In this document: piece by piece, positions 1 to 9,565 of the stretch | How positions within the stretch are numbered: position 1 is the first letter of the stretch | Layout of the letters: each line of letters begins with the position of its first letter | From: an uncultured Acidobacteriaceae bacterium | Lineage (GTDB): Bacteria > Acidobacteriota > Terriglobia > Terriglobales > Acidobacteriaceae | Direction of reading: 5' to 3' | DNA: 64,000 bases | NCBI GenBank assembly: GCA_963835125.1 | Contig: CAWIEG010000011.1 | Location: forward strand, 16,769 to 80,768 | Notes under the pieces: generated by a model | What the model was told of the DNA's origin: nothing | What the model saw: the letters and a program-made list of their open reading frames with translations, nothing else | The model's database searches: none | Translations under genes and position numbers: made by a program

Positions 1-46
1 TCTGGACCAGTCCTGCCTTGGGCCGGCACCTTTACAATAGAAGTCT

Positions 47-2055
47 GTGATCCCAGCTGCGGTGAGACCGGATACGCGAAACTTGAAACTCATTATTTCC
101 GCAATCATTCTTCTTATGACGACCAATGCCCTCGCCCAAGAACCGCTTGCTTCCCCACAAGCCATCACCGACCCCACCAAACTTGAGAGCAAAACAGTTG
201 CCGACATGCAGACGTTCTCCATCGAGAAGCTCTACATGACGCGCCAGATGGGCGGCTCGACGTGGTCGCCCGACGGCAAGCAGGTGGCCTTCATCTCCAA
301 CATCAGCGGGCGGAATAACTTGTGGCTGGTGCCGGCGAGCGGCGGCTGGCCGACGCAGCTGACCATCAGCGACCAGCGGCAAGCGCAGCCGGTGTGGTCG
401 CCCGACGGCACGTGGATCGCCTACATCTCCGACCATGACGGCGACGAGCAGTGGGACATCTTCCTGGTTTCGCCCAAGACCGGCGACGTGGTGAACCTGA
501 CCATCTCGCCGGAGTCGGCCGAGATTGATCCGGCGTGGTCGCCCGACGGCAGCCAGCTCGCCTACACCACCAAGCCGAAGACCGGATCGAGCTACGAGAT
601 CGACCTGATGGATGTGACCACGCGCCACCTTCGGCATCTGACGAAGAACACGCCCAAGGAGCTGAGCAACCACCACCCGATCTTCTCGCGCGACGGCAAG
701 TTCATTGTCTACACGCAGTCGCACGCCACCGGGAAAGACGCCAACGTCTTCGTGCTCGATTTGGCCAGCGGGCAGAGCACGAACCTGACGCCGCACGAAG
801 GCCAGCACAATTACCACGCCGCCGATATCTCGCCGGATGGCAAGACGGTGCTCATTACTTCGGACGCGCACAACGGTTACGAGAATGTGGGACTCGTCGA
901 TATCGCGACCAAAAAGATCGACTGGCTGACCGATGAGAAATGGGAGCTCAACGCGGGCGGATTCTCTCCCGATGGCAAGTCGCTTACATGGACTGCGAAC
1001 GTTGACGGCACGACGAATATTTATTCTTACGACATCGCCGGCAAGCAAGCCGACTGCATTGCCGATCACCTCGGGAGTGAATTCGCTGGGCGGCGATCCG
1101 ACTGCTTACACGCGCGATGGATCGCGGCTGTTGTACTACCACAACGGCGCCAACGCGCCCAGCGATCTTTGGGTGTATGACATCGCGTCGAAGCAGTCGC
1201 AGCAGATTACGCATGCGCTGGTCGGCGGCCTGCGCAGCGCAGACATGGTGCAGCCATACCTGGTGCACTATCCCAGCCGCGATGGCAAGTGGACGATCTC
1301 CGCGTTCGCTTACGTCCCCAACAACATTCAACGCAACGGCAAGTTTCCGGCGATCGTCTACATCCACGGCGGCCCGGCGGTCGCAGTCGGTAGACTCGTT
1401 CAATCGCTTCATTCAGTACATCGTGAACCAGGGTTACCTCGTGATTGCGCCGAACTATCGCGGCTCGACCGGCTACGGCAAGCAGTTCACCGACGCCAAT
1501 ATGGGCGATGCCGGCGGTCAGGAGCTGAACGACGTGCTGGACGCGGGGGAGTGGATCAAGAAGAGCGGCTTCGTCGATCCCAAGAAGCTGATCGTGATGG
1601 GCGGCAGCTACGGCGGCTACCTCAGCATGATGGCCGTCACAAAGGCTCCGGACATGTGGGCCGCGGCAGTGCCGATTGTGCCGTTCGTGAACTGGTTTAC
1701 CGAGATCGCGAACGAAGATCCCAGCCTGCGCGAATATGATCTGGCCACCATGGGCGACCCGGTGAAGAACAAGGCGCTGTATGAAGACCGCTCGCCGATC
1801 AACTTTGTCGATCAGATCAAGGCGCCGTTGCTGCTGCTGGCGGGAGCCAACGATCCGCGCTGTCCGGCGTCAGAAGCGCAGCAGGTGGCCGATGCGGTGA
1901 AGAAGCACGGCGGTATCGCGCAGTTGAAGATCTACACGGATGAAGGCCACGGCTTTGCGCGCGTAGAGAACCAGATTGATGCGTATCAGCGTGTGTCGGA
2001 TTTCCTGAAGGTGCATGTGCCGTCGCCAGGATGCGGGTGCTCGGTGTATGAGTAG
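47..2055 (+). pseudogene. S9 family serine peptidase (TolB-like beta-propeller plus prolyl-oligopeptidase/acylaminoacyl-peptidase hydrolase domain); reading frame broken twice
   Basis: ORFs 47..1180, 933..1739 and 1117..2055 carry consecutive parts of one protein. Part 1: signal peptide plus repeated WSPDG blades. Part 2: LLYYHNGANAPSDLWVYD...IVYIHGGP. Part 3: APNYRGSTGYG...GGSYGG nucleophile elbow...DPRCP...EGHGF. Frame changes lie near 1047-1052 and 1378-1388. The identity is confident; pseudogene versus assembly error is unresolved. Confidence 0.85.
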
Positions 2056-2057
2056 CC

Positions 2058-2085
2058 GCTCTTCGCTGTTCGCTTCTGGCGCTTA
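2058..2085. repeat. Heptad (7-nt periodic) array, GCTNTTC type
   Basis: gctcttc gctgttc gcttctg gcgctta, immediately after the peptidase stop codon. Same unit type as the arrays at 29841-29976. Confidence 0.6.
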
Positions 2086-2162
2086 ACGACCATCTGGGTG
2101 TCGCAAAAACTAAGGCGCGCAGAAGAACCCTGCGCGCCGAACAGATTCGTGATTTAGAACTC

Positions 2163-3158
2163 CTAGCGCGTGGCCGCTGCTTCCTGCACTCCGTAGATGC
2201 TGAACCACGATGTCGCAGCCTTCAGCGCGTTGTTCACGTTGTTGATGTTCTTCACGCCTTCGTCCTGGAGCCAGGCTTCGAAGGCCTTGCCACCCTGCTG
2301 CGCGTAAATGGGGATGCCGTCCTTCCACGTTGCCCGTCCGCAGAGCACACCGTTGAACTTCACGCCCGACTCGGCAGCAAACTCCAGGTCCTCGATGAAC
2401 TCGGGATTGCTGACGCCTGCCGACAGATAGATGAACGGCTTGCTGGTCGTGCCCGCGGCTGCGCGATAGTGATCGAGCGCTTCCTTCTTGCTGTAAACCT
2501 TCGTTCCCTTGAACGAGCGCGAGCCCTCGACAAACTGCATGTTGATGGGAATCTCGACCTTCAGCACGTCGACGTTATAACGGTCCTTGGAGAATTCCTC
2601 CATCGACTTGGCGACGACCTCGGGCTTCAGCTTGGCGAAGTCAGCGCCCTTCTCGTCCATGCCCTCTTTGTAGCCGACGAGCTCCAGGAAGAATGGAATG
2701 TCGTTGGCGCGGCACTCGTCGCCGATGCGCTCCGTCCAGGCGTGCTTCAGTTCGTTGACCTTCTGGTCGTCGTAGGGCGTGTAGTAGAGCAGGATCTTGA
2801 CGCAATCTGCGCCGGCTTCTTTCAGGCGCTTCGAGGACCAGTCGTCCAGCAGGTCAGGCAGGCGGCCGGGCAACTGCTTGTCGTAACCGGTCTTCTCGTA
2901 GGCCAGCAGCAGGCCGGAACCTTTGGCGCGGCGCTTCGCGGCCGGCAGTCCCCACTCGGGATCGAGCAGGATGGCGCTGGCGTGCTTGGTCAGGACTTCG
3001 GTGACGTAAATCTTGAACTCTTCCAGTTCTTTGTCGCCGGCATCGGCGCCCAGGGCTTTCTTCAGCGAGCCGCGCTGGTCCATGGCGGCGGCGGCAATGA
3101 CGCCGCGATCGTTGGAAACATTCTTCATGCCCGCGAGTTTTCCAGGAGTCAGTTTCAT
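2163..3158 (-). CDS. Tagatose-1,6-bisphosphate aldolase family protein (LacD-like class I aldolase)
   Basis: MKLTPGKLAGMKNVSNDRGVIAAAAMDQRGSLKKAL... then ...VDVLKVEIP...IYLSAGV... matches the LacD/sulfofructosephosphate aldolase family over its full length. ATG at 3158 is preceded by GGAGGT. The upstream part of ORF 2163..3332 looks non-coding. Confidence 0.8.
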   Translation of the reverse strand: MKLTPGKLAGMKNVSNDRGVIAAAAMDQRGSLKKALGADAGDKELEEFKIYVTEVLTKHASAILLDPEWGLPAAKRRAKGSGLLLAYEKTGYDKQLPGRLPDLLDDWSSKRLKEAGADCVKILLYYTPYDDQKVNELKHAWTERIGDECRANDIPFFLELVGYKEGMDEKGADFAKLKPEVVAKSMEEFSKDRYNVDVLKVEIPINMQFVEGSRSFKGTKVYSKKEALDHYRAAAGTTSKPFIYLSAGVSNPEFIEDLEFAAESGVKFNGVLCGRATWKDGIPIYAQQGGKAFEAWLQDEGVKNINNVNNALKAATSWFSIYGVQEAAATR

Positions 3159-3309
3159 GATGAGACCTCCACGGGCAGATCGCCCGGTTCGATAGAAAGG
3201 ATTGAGTGCAGTCCCGCAGAGAGCGGCTGGGCCCGAGAAGTGCGGGACAGGAAATTCTAAACGAATACGGAGATGCACGCGAGGGATCGGGCGAGTAATT
3301 CGGGCCAAC

Positions 3310-3624
3310 TCAGGGCTTTCGCATGTCCGCAAGCATTTGCTGACGAAGGAGATGATTCGCTCGGGTCTGATATCCCTTACCAGGCCTTTTTAACCAAGCC
3401 ACCACATCGGTATCGAGACGTAGCGAGACAGCTTGTTTGACCGGACGATAGAACCTGCCCCGTACGGCATCCTTCCACGCGCGGAGAGGCAGTTCCGGAA
3501 TGGCAGATGTGTCGATTTGGTGATCCGGCAAAGCAGCCAAAGCCGCCAGGTCACGCTTCTGTTTCGCGGTGAGCGGCTGCCTGTTTCCAGCAGTGCTGTC
3601 CGTCGGCTCACTCGTCCTGCGCAT
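3310..3624 (-). CDS. brnA: BrnA-family antitoxin
   Basis: The C-terminal ...FYRPVKQAVSLRLDTDVVAWLKRPGKGYQTRANHLLRQ is typical of BrnA. It lies directly downstream of, and overlaps, the BrnT gene. ATG at 3624 was chosen over the longer ORF start at 3699. Confidence 0.75.
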   Translation of the reverse strand: MRRTSEPTDSTAGNRQPLTAKQKRDLAALAALPDHQIDTSAIPELPLRAWKDAVRGRFYRPVKQAVSLRLDTDVVAWLKRPGKGYQTRANHLLRQQMLADMRKP

Positions 3625-3928
3625 AGACTCGCCGCTCCTGCGGTGTGGCCTTTCGCGCTGAGATGATGCGGATATTCTCTTCTTCTGCAATGTCTTCATT
3701 GTCGGAATCCGGACTTGTATGTACCACCAGGAGGATATGACTACCTTTTACCATGCCGATCGTATGCCATCTCAATTCTCCTGCGACTTCGCAGTCGAGG
3801 TGAGAGAAATGGTGAGGATCGTCAAAGACCAAGGCTGCGGTTTCAAAACTGACGCGGTGCTTTCGTCGGTTGGTTCGATTTTTTCGTTCGTCCCAACCGA
3901 ACCGCAATGAGCCTCCTAGCCATGACAA
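3608..3928 (-). CDS. brnT: BrnT-family ribonuclease toxin (DUF497)
   Basis: FGWDERKNRTNRRKHRVSFETAALVFDDPHH...IRIISARKATPQERRVY matches the BrnT pattern. The more likely start is TTG at 3907 (MRFGWDE...), preceded by GGAGG. Confidence 0.8.
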   Translation of the reverse strand: MSWLGGSLRFGWDERKNRTNRRKHRVSFETAALVFDDPHHFSHLDCEVAGELRWHTIGMVKGSHILLVVHTSPDSDNEDIAEEENIRIISARKATPQERRVYAQDE

Positions 3929-3965
3929 TTATGTATATACGTCGGGCAAAAGTCCAGGTCCGCGA

Positions 3966-4703
3966 TCACTGCCGCAACGGCAACCCGCTCAGCACCGCCT
4001 GCTGCCGCGCGATCAGCGATTCGATGCCCTGCCGCGCCAGTGCGAGCATCCTGGCAAACTGCGCATCGTCGAACGGGCGACGCTCGGCTGTGGCCTGCAC
4101 CTCGATGAGCTTCTTGCTGCCGGTGGCGACGACGTTCATGTCGACTTCGGCGCGCGCGTCTTCTTCGTAGCAGAGGTCGAGCATGATTTCGCCATCGACG
4201 ATGCCGATGCTAGTGGCGGCAACGTAGTCGCGAATAGGCGCGACCGTCATCGAGCCGGTCTCGACCATGCGGCGCATTGCCAGCCCCATGGCGACGAATG
4301 CTCCGGTGATGGACGCGGTGCGCGTGCCGCCGTCGGCCTGGATGACGTCGCAATCGAGAAAGATGGTGCGCTCGCCCAGCTTCTGCATGTCGGTGACGGC
4401 GCGCAGCGAGCGGCCAATCAGCCGCTGGATTTCGTGGGTGCGACCGCCGGCGCGACCCTTGGTGACCTCGCGCGGCGTGCGGGTCAGCGTGGAGCGCGGC
4501 AACATGCCGTACTCGCTGGTGACCCAGCCTTTGCCGCTGTTGCGCAGGAACTGCGGCACCGAGTCTTCGATGGTCGCGGTGCAGATGACGCGCGTGTTGC
4601 CGAGCTCGATGAGGCAGGAGCCTTCGGCGGTGGAGATGAAGTCGGGAATGATGTTCACCGGCCGCATCTGGTCAGGCGAGCGATTGTCGGAGCGGAAGAT
4701 CAT
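3966..4703 (-). CDS. rph: Ribonuclease PH
   Basis: Full-length match by eye: DQMRPV...AEGSCLIELGNTRVICTA...GWVTSEYGMLP...GRTHEIQRLIGRSLR...DCDVIQADGGTRTASITGAFVA. Confidence 0.95.
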   Translation of the reverse strand: MIFRSDNRSPDQMRPVNIIPDFISTAEGSCLIELGNTRVICTATIEDSVPQFLRNSGKGWVTSEYGMLPRSTLTRTPREVTKGRAGGRTHEIQRLIGRSLRAVTDMQKLGERTIFLDCDVIQADGGTRTASITGAFVAMGLAMRRMVETGSMTVAPIRDYVAATSIGIVDGEIMLDLCYEEDARAEVDMNVVATGSKKLIEVQATAERRPFDDAQFARMLALARQGIESLIARQQAVLSGLPLRQ

Positions 4704-4705
4704 AA

Positions 4706-4755
4706 GGTCAGTTGGTTGTCAGTTGCCAGTTGTCAGAAGGCTGTTAGCTCTTAGC
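4706..4755. repeat. Heptad array, CAGTTGN type
   Basis: ggtcagt tggttgt cagttgc cagttgt cagaagg ctgttag ctcttag, between the murI stop and the rph start. Confidence 0.65.
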
Positions 4756-4943
4756 AATCCTGTTGTGACGCCCAGCCGCGAGGCGTAGTCAGGTCAGCGT
4801 CACGTCATCCACCTAAGTCTACATGCTCGACATTATCTACCTGTCGGCCGAGGAAGCGAGTGGCCAGGCGCTTGAACTTGTCTGTCGAATCGGTGACGTA
4901 GAAGCGGAAGGTGCGATGGGCAGCGGCGATCCTGCGGCTATAG

Positions 4944-4978
4944 GGGTCCCTCGACTCGCTTCGCTCGCTCGGGATGAC
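4944..4978. repeat. REP-like palindromic element, family 1 (TGTCATCCCGAGC...GAGTCGAGGGACC)
   Basis: The minus strand reads tgtcatcccgagcgagcgaagcgagtcgagggaccc. Related copies lie at 12098-12133 and 42213-42264. Confidence 0.7.
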
Positions 4979-5001
4979 ACATCATTGGAAATGGTTTCGT
5001 T

Positions 5002-5037
5002 CCGAGCTCGCAGCTCGGAGCTCGCGGCTCGCGGCTC
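5002..5037. repeat. Heptad array, GAGCNNC type, inside murI
   Basis: The minus strand reads gagccgc gagccgc gagctcc gagctgc gagctcg. It is adjacent to the family-1 REP copy, and together they form the murI insert. Confidence 0.6.
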
Positions 5038-5757
5038 CCGGCCATCCTCGATCATCCTCTTCACCACGCGCGCGGTCGATTCGGCCGAATCTACGATCTG
5101 CATTTCCGGCGGGCACGATCCTGCGCAGCAGTGGCGCGATCAGCGGATAGTGGGTGCAGGCCAGCACCAGAACGTCGGCTCCGTCGGGAGCCTGGGCCGT
5201 GGCCTCGTCTAGATAAATTCGTGCCACCTGCTCGGTCACGGGATGCTCAATCCATCCCTCCTCGACCAGCGGCACAAACAGCGGACAGGCTTTCTCCAAC
5301 GCTTGCAGACCGTGGCGTTGCAGGGCGTCGCGATAGGCATGGCTGCTGACGGTGGCTTCCGTCGCAATCACAATGGCCGCGCGCTTCTTGCTGACCTCGG
5401 CTGCCATCGCCGCTCCCGGTTCAACCACGCCGACCACCGGCACATGAGCAGCCTGCTTTGATTTGCGGCAGCGCCAGCGCGGTCGCGGTGTTGCAAGCGA
5501 TCACCAGCAGATCGATGTTCTGCTTCTCCAGAAAGCGGGTTGCGCCGATAGCGTAGCGCGCGACGGTTTCGGCCGACTTGGTTCCATACGGCAGGCGTGC
5601 GGTGTCTCCGAAATAGAGATAGTGCGCGGGCAATTGCTCGGCCATGGCCTTCAGGACGGTGAGGCCGCCGACGCCCGAGTCGAATACTCCAATGCGAGGT
5701 AATGTCACTGCATGTCCTTTACTACCTGGCCGATGTTGCTGGCCTCGTAGAAGCGCT

Positions 5758-6341
5758 TCAGTCGGCATGTCCGGCGAGGGTTTCGCGCTCCTGCCCATTC
5801 ACCAGGATTTTCACGCGCGCGATTTTGCTGTCGTTCGCGTTCAGCGTCAACACCAGCGACGCGACGGTCAGCTCCTCAGCCAGCACGCCGGAAGGATGCG
5901 CGTCGGCGAACGCCGAGTTGGTGTCCACCACGGCTGTGTCCTCACTCAGCAGAGTAGACCGAGCGCACATCGGAAGCCGGGCCGATAGGATGCGGCGAGG
6001 GCGGCTTCAGGTATTGTGCCAGCAGCGTCCGCAGCACGGCGCGGGCGCGTTCGCTGCGTTCGGCGGGCAAGGCGACGTTAACCTGCGTCTTGCGCAAGGT
6101 GCCGTCGCTGTCGTTGGCAATGTACAAAATGCACCGGCTCGGGAGGCCCATTCACCGGAGGCGTCACGATCAGTTGCTGCTCGGCAGCAGCCTGCGCGTC
6201 ACGCGCGACCTTGCGCTTCAGATGCAGAGCATACGAGCCCAACCCGACCGCAACGATCGCCAACACGGCAAACATGACCAGGATGTGCCGGGGTCCCCGA
6301 GACGCCTTGGTTTCGGGCGGATCGGGCTGGGGCAGCGTCAT
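5758..6341 (-). pseudogene. GerMN-domain (GerM-like) membrane-anchored protein, frame broken twice
   Basis: Three ORFs (6078..6341, 5942..6151, 5758..5970) join into one protein. It has an N-terminal TM anchor, then ILYIANDSDGTLRKTQVNVALP...ARAVLRTLL... then LLSEDTAVVDTNSAF...VLTLNAN...[16 protein letters not shown]. Shifts lie near 6126-6134 and 5950-5957. The start overlaps the amidase stop by 4 nt. Confidence 0.65.
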
Positions 6342-7803
6342 GGCCGCACCTCCGGCAGCTTGGAGCGAACGGCGGCAATGCCGGCGGCGATCGACTGGGC
6401 GACTTGCTCCTGGTATTCCGCGCCGGCGATGTTGTCGACGTTGTCGTCGGGAGGAGCAATCTCAACCGCGATCGCGGGCGCGGCAATGTTGTTCATCGGG
6501 CGCAAGGGCGCGACCAGCGTGGTGTTGGGCAGCTTGCGCGACTCCAGCTCAGCGGCCACCGATCCGGCGGCCACACCGCTCAAGTCGAGGAATGCGGCCT
6601 GCGCCGTGTCCCACGGCAGGAATCCATCACGCGACAGATTCGCTGCGGGCAGCATCGAGGTGAAGACGTGCACGCCTCGTCCGGTATTGGCGGCGTGCAG
6701 CGTGATGTACAGCGCCGGGCGCGCGGCGTTGACCGACGCGGCGCGCTGGTCGAGCGCGATGGCCACGTCGGAGTTACGCAGCATTCCGGCAGCAATGCCG
6801 CGGCTGGCCAGCTCGCGTTGCACGCGCCGGGCGAGCGCCAGCACCACGTCCTTCTCCACCAGCGACGCGAGTGATCGACGCGCCGCTGTCGGCGCCGCCG
6901 TGGGCGGGATCGATGATGCACCAGGAAGCGCGGACCGGAAGGCGGCTTCGGCTGTGTGCGCCTGGGTTTGCGCGGGAGCTTGCGGCTGCGGCGTTGGAGG
7001 CGGCGGCGCGGGAGGCGGAGGCGGCACCGGAGTAACGATGATCGTCTTGCCGCCGTCGGCGAAGCTGGCCATCAGCGGAGCGGTACCCATCACGTCGAGC
7101 TCGGCCAGTCCGTCGTGCTCGGCGAAGACTGCGCCGGTGATCACCGGATCGTCGAAGTTAGTAGTGTCCTGGCCGGCGGAGACCACGGGCTCGCGGCGGA
7201 AGGTGAAGCGCACCCGGCCCGGCTCGGTGGCAATCGTAGGGATTGACCGGGCTGGGGAAGCTGACCACCAATTTCGGCGGGGTGCTCTTGTCCAGCTCCA
7301 GGCTGAAGCGAATGGGAACGTCGCCGACGAAAAGGCGTCGGGCTGCGGAGTGCAATTGGACAGGCTTTGCCAGGAGCTTGTTCAAGATCTCAGTCACTGA
7401 ACTCAAGGGAACGTAGCCGCGGTCGTTTTGCAAAACGAAATTCGCCGGCAGCTTGTAGTTTTCGTCCCAGAAGCTTCGCCTTGTCCTTGCCCTCGTTGAA
7501 CTGCGCCTCGACGGCGCGGCCACCTGGCGGAGTGAACTTCACTTTGTATTTCTTGCCGTCGGGACGGGCGTCGATGGAGCCCAGCGGCTCGAGCAGGTCG
7601 ACCAGCCCGGCATAAGGAAGACCCTTCACATCCAACAGTGGAACGGAGTACGAGGTTTGCGCGGAATAGACGGTGAGTTGGTCTGCCGGCTGCGCATGTA
7701 CAGTCGCGAGATGCGCGATGATGGCCGCCAGCGCCAGCGCAGGCAGAATCAGGCCGAGCCAGAGGCGGGAACGGTTATCTGCCAGAGGGAACTTTGAAGT
7801 CAT
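6338..7803 (-). pseudogene. N-acetylmuramoyl-L-alanine amidase (AmiC-like, AMIN-type N-terminal region, Pro-rich linker, Amidase_3 domain), frame broken twice
   Basis: ATG at 7803 gives MTSKFPLADNRSRLWLGLILPALALAA... A shift near 7465-7475 leads to WDENYKLPANFVLQNDRGYVPL...KLVVSFPSPVNP. A shift near 7235-7241 leads to TIATEPGRVRFTFRREPVV...PPPPPAPPPPTPQPQ...VVLALARRVQRELASRGIAAGMLR...ALYITLHAAN...AIAVEIAP. Confidence 0.75.
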
Positions 7804-7913
7804 CCAATCGATCCACGAACGATGTACAGGTTCCCTCAACGATATATGCAATGCAAGGCGGTGGAAAGTCGCTTCGACGGAGCGCCGGAGGATTCCGCGA
7901 ATGAACGAACGCG

Positions 7914-7943
7914 CTTGAACGCGGCGCTGAAGCGCCGCACTAC
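7914..7943. repeat. REP-like element, family 2 (CTTGAACGCGGCGCTGAAGCGCCGC)
   Basis: 30 nt, differing at one position from 12144-12173. Contains the palindrome gcggcgct-gaagcgccgc. Confidence 0.75.
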
Positions 7944-7979
7944 CCGAGCAAGGCACAAGCCAGAAGTTTCGGCACCCTG

Positions 7980-9293
7980 CTAGGTCGCTTCTTCGACCGA
8001 ATAGATGGTGAGGCCGCTCAGCATCTTGGGATAGAAGTCGGTGGATTTCTGCGGCATCACTCCGCCGGCGAAGGCGATATCGCGCATCTGCTCGATGCGC
8101 ACTGGATTCATCAGGAACGCCACTTGTGCGGCGCCGCTGCGCACCGCTTCGATTGCTTCTCTGCCGTCGCGGATGTACTTCAGATGCTTTTGCGCGCGGA
8201 TGTCCTCTTCCGACATGCCGAGGATTTCCTCGAGCACCAGCTTGTGCAACTGCACCACGTCGAGTTCGCCCTGCTGCGCCGGCAGATCCTTTAGTCGCGC
8301 GGGATTCACGTCTTTACGCGCGCGCAGCAGAAATCCGCCGTGCGCCGTTACGGCCAGCAGTGCTGTACGGTCCTTGCCGGCGTCGTGCAGCCGGCGCACG
8401 GCCTCGTGAGCGTCCGTCACGGGGCCCACATCCTCAATCTCAAAATACTCCCGTAGTTTGGAAACCATCTCGAAGATGCTGAAGTTCTCCAGGCCAAAGA
8501 CCACGCGGTGAGTGGGCAGGATCACGAGGCCGGGCGCATCCATATTGACGAAGGTGATGACGACACGTTCATAGGGAGCGTCAAGATTGCCATTCGACTG
8601 CTGCCGCATCTGATTGCGATAGTTGAGAGCGGTTTCGTAGCGATGGTGACCGTCGGCGATGATCAGCTTCTTGTCGGCCATCTTAGCCTTCACTGCCGCG
8701 ACGGTTGCCGGATCGGAGACCTTCCACATCTGGTGCAGCACACCGTATTCGTCGCGCAACTCGATGGTGGGCGGCGTGCCCTGCTTCAGCAGCTTGGCCA
8801 CCTCGTCCGCGGGATCGCTGTAGAGCATGAAGATCTGCTCGCAATGCGCCTGCGTCGCTTGCAGAAGATTCAGGCGGTCGGCCTTGGGCTTGCTCAGCGT
8901 CTGCTCATGACGGAAGACCACTTTGCGATCGTAGTCTTCGACGCGGCCCAGAGCGATAAAGCCGCGCCGTTCCGCCTCGGCTCCGGTCGAATCGCCGGGA
9001 ATCTTGAACCGCTGCACATAAACGTAAATGCTGGGTTCAGGGTCACGATGCAGAACGCCCTCGGCTTGCCATAGTCGCAAGCTGGCCGCGGCCCGGGTGT
9101 ACACGTTCTCGTGATCGTTGTCGCCCGGCTGGGACTTGCCCAGAATGATCCGCACCAGGTTGTAAGGACTGGCGGCGTAATACTGGTCCTGCATCGCTGG
9201 AGTGATTTTGTCGTAGGGCTGAGTCATTACCTCGCCCGCGGTAACTTTCGAAGGATCATAGCGAAGAGCGCGAAAAGGAAGTATGTCTGCCAT
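7980..9293 (-). CDS. DUF1015 domain-containing protein
   Basis: MADILPFRALRYDPSKV...MTQPYDKITP...YNLVRIILGK...IADGHHRYETAL is the DUF1015 signature. ATG at 9293 was chosen; the ORF extension upstream runs through a REP element. Confidence 0.85.
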   Translation of the reverse strand: MADILPFRALRYDPSKVTAGEVMTQPYDKITPAMQDQYYAASPYNLVRIILGKSQPGDNDHENVYTRAAASLRLWQAEGVLHRDPEPSIYVYVQRFKIPGDSTGAEAERRGFIALGRVEDYDRKVVFRHEQTLSKPKADRLNLLQATQAHCEQIFMLYSDPADEVAKLLKQGTPPTIELRDEYGVLHQMWKVSDPATVAAVKAKMADKKLIIADGHHRYETALNYRNQMRQQSNGNLDAPYERVVITFVNMDAPGLVILPTHRVVFGLENFSIFEMVSKLREYFEIEDVGPVTDAHEAVRRLHDAGKDRTALLAVTAHGGFLLRARKDVNPARLKDLPAQQGELDVVQLHKLVLEEILGMSEEDIRAQKHLKYIRDGREAIEAVRSGAAQVAFLMNPVRIEQMRDIAFAGGVMPQKSTDFYPKMLSGLTIYSVEEAT

Positions 9294-9318
9294 AAGGTCC
9301 CCGTTCCTGAGACGCAGA

Positions 9319-9417
9319 GTTGTCGGCCTTGTATTCACCACGGAGGCACCGAGGACACGGAGTGACTGAGACTTGAGAATCCTCCGCGCTCTCCGTGCCT
9401 CCGTGGTGAGCCGACAG
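9319..9417. repeat. REP-like long inverted repeat, family 5 (TCACCACGGAGGCAC...)
   Basis: Left arm tcaccacggaggcaccgaggacacggag (9335-9362). Right arm ctccgcgctctccgtgcctccgtggtga (9382-9409). Flanked by tgtcggc/gccgaca. Confidence 0.7.
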
Positions 9418-9565
9418 GGCCTCGGGAAGGCTGATTGTAGCAACTGGAATCAGGAAACCAGAATGACGTGAATCACATCAAAACGTTCAGCCGGGGGCGG
9501 CGAGAAGGGGCTAATTCGGTGGCCGCAACCTGTGATAACATTCTGCACACGCTCTAAAGGATCCT

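Larger units (their letters stand above)
4805..5708 (-). pseudogene. murI: Glutamate racemase, frame broken at two or more points and carrying a repeat insertion near the 3' end
   Basis: GTG start at 5708 gives [18 protein letters not shown]...[18 protein letters not shown] shift near 5457-5461 leads to [14 protein letters not shown]...VLACTHYPL...IVPAG. A shift near 5101-5106 leads to MQIVDSAESTARVVKRMIEDG. An insert of about 100 nt follows (4935-5040). The original C-terminus HRTFRFYVTDSTDKFKRLATRFLGRQV then continues in another frame to the stop at 4805. Confidence 0.8.

Noticed and set aside
32-1069. Long antisense ORFs opposite real genes, for example 32..1069(-), 2469..3260(+), 6090..7400(+), 12111..12953(-), 18323..19681(-), 25003..25704(-), 27684..28388(-), 28720..30150(-), 29714..30646(-) and 31927..32835(+).
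   Set aside because: These are typical GC-rich shadow ORFs. Their translations are Arg/Ala/Gly/Pro-rich with no family resemblance, and each overlaps a confidently identified gene on the other strand.
6950-7045. Pro/Ala/Gln-rich stretch (PPPPPAPPPPTPQPQAPAQ) as a DNA repeat element.
   Set aside because: It is an in-frame low-complexity linker between the AMIN-like region and the Amidase_3 domain, usual for AmiC-type amidases.
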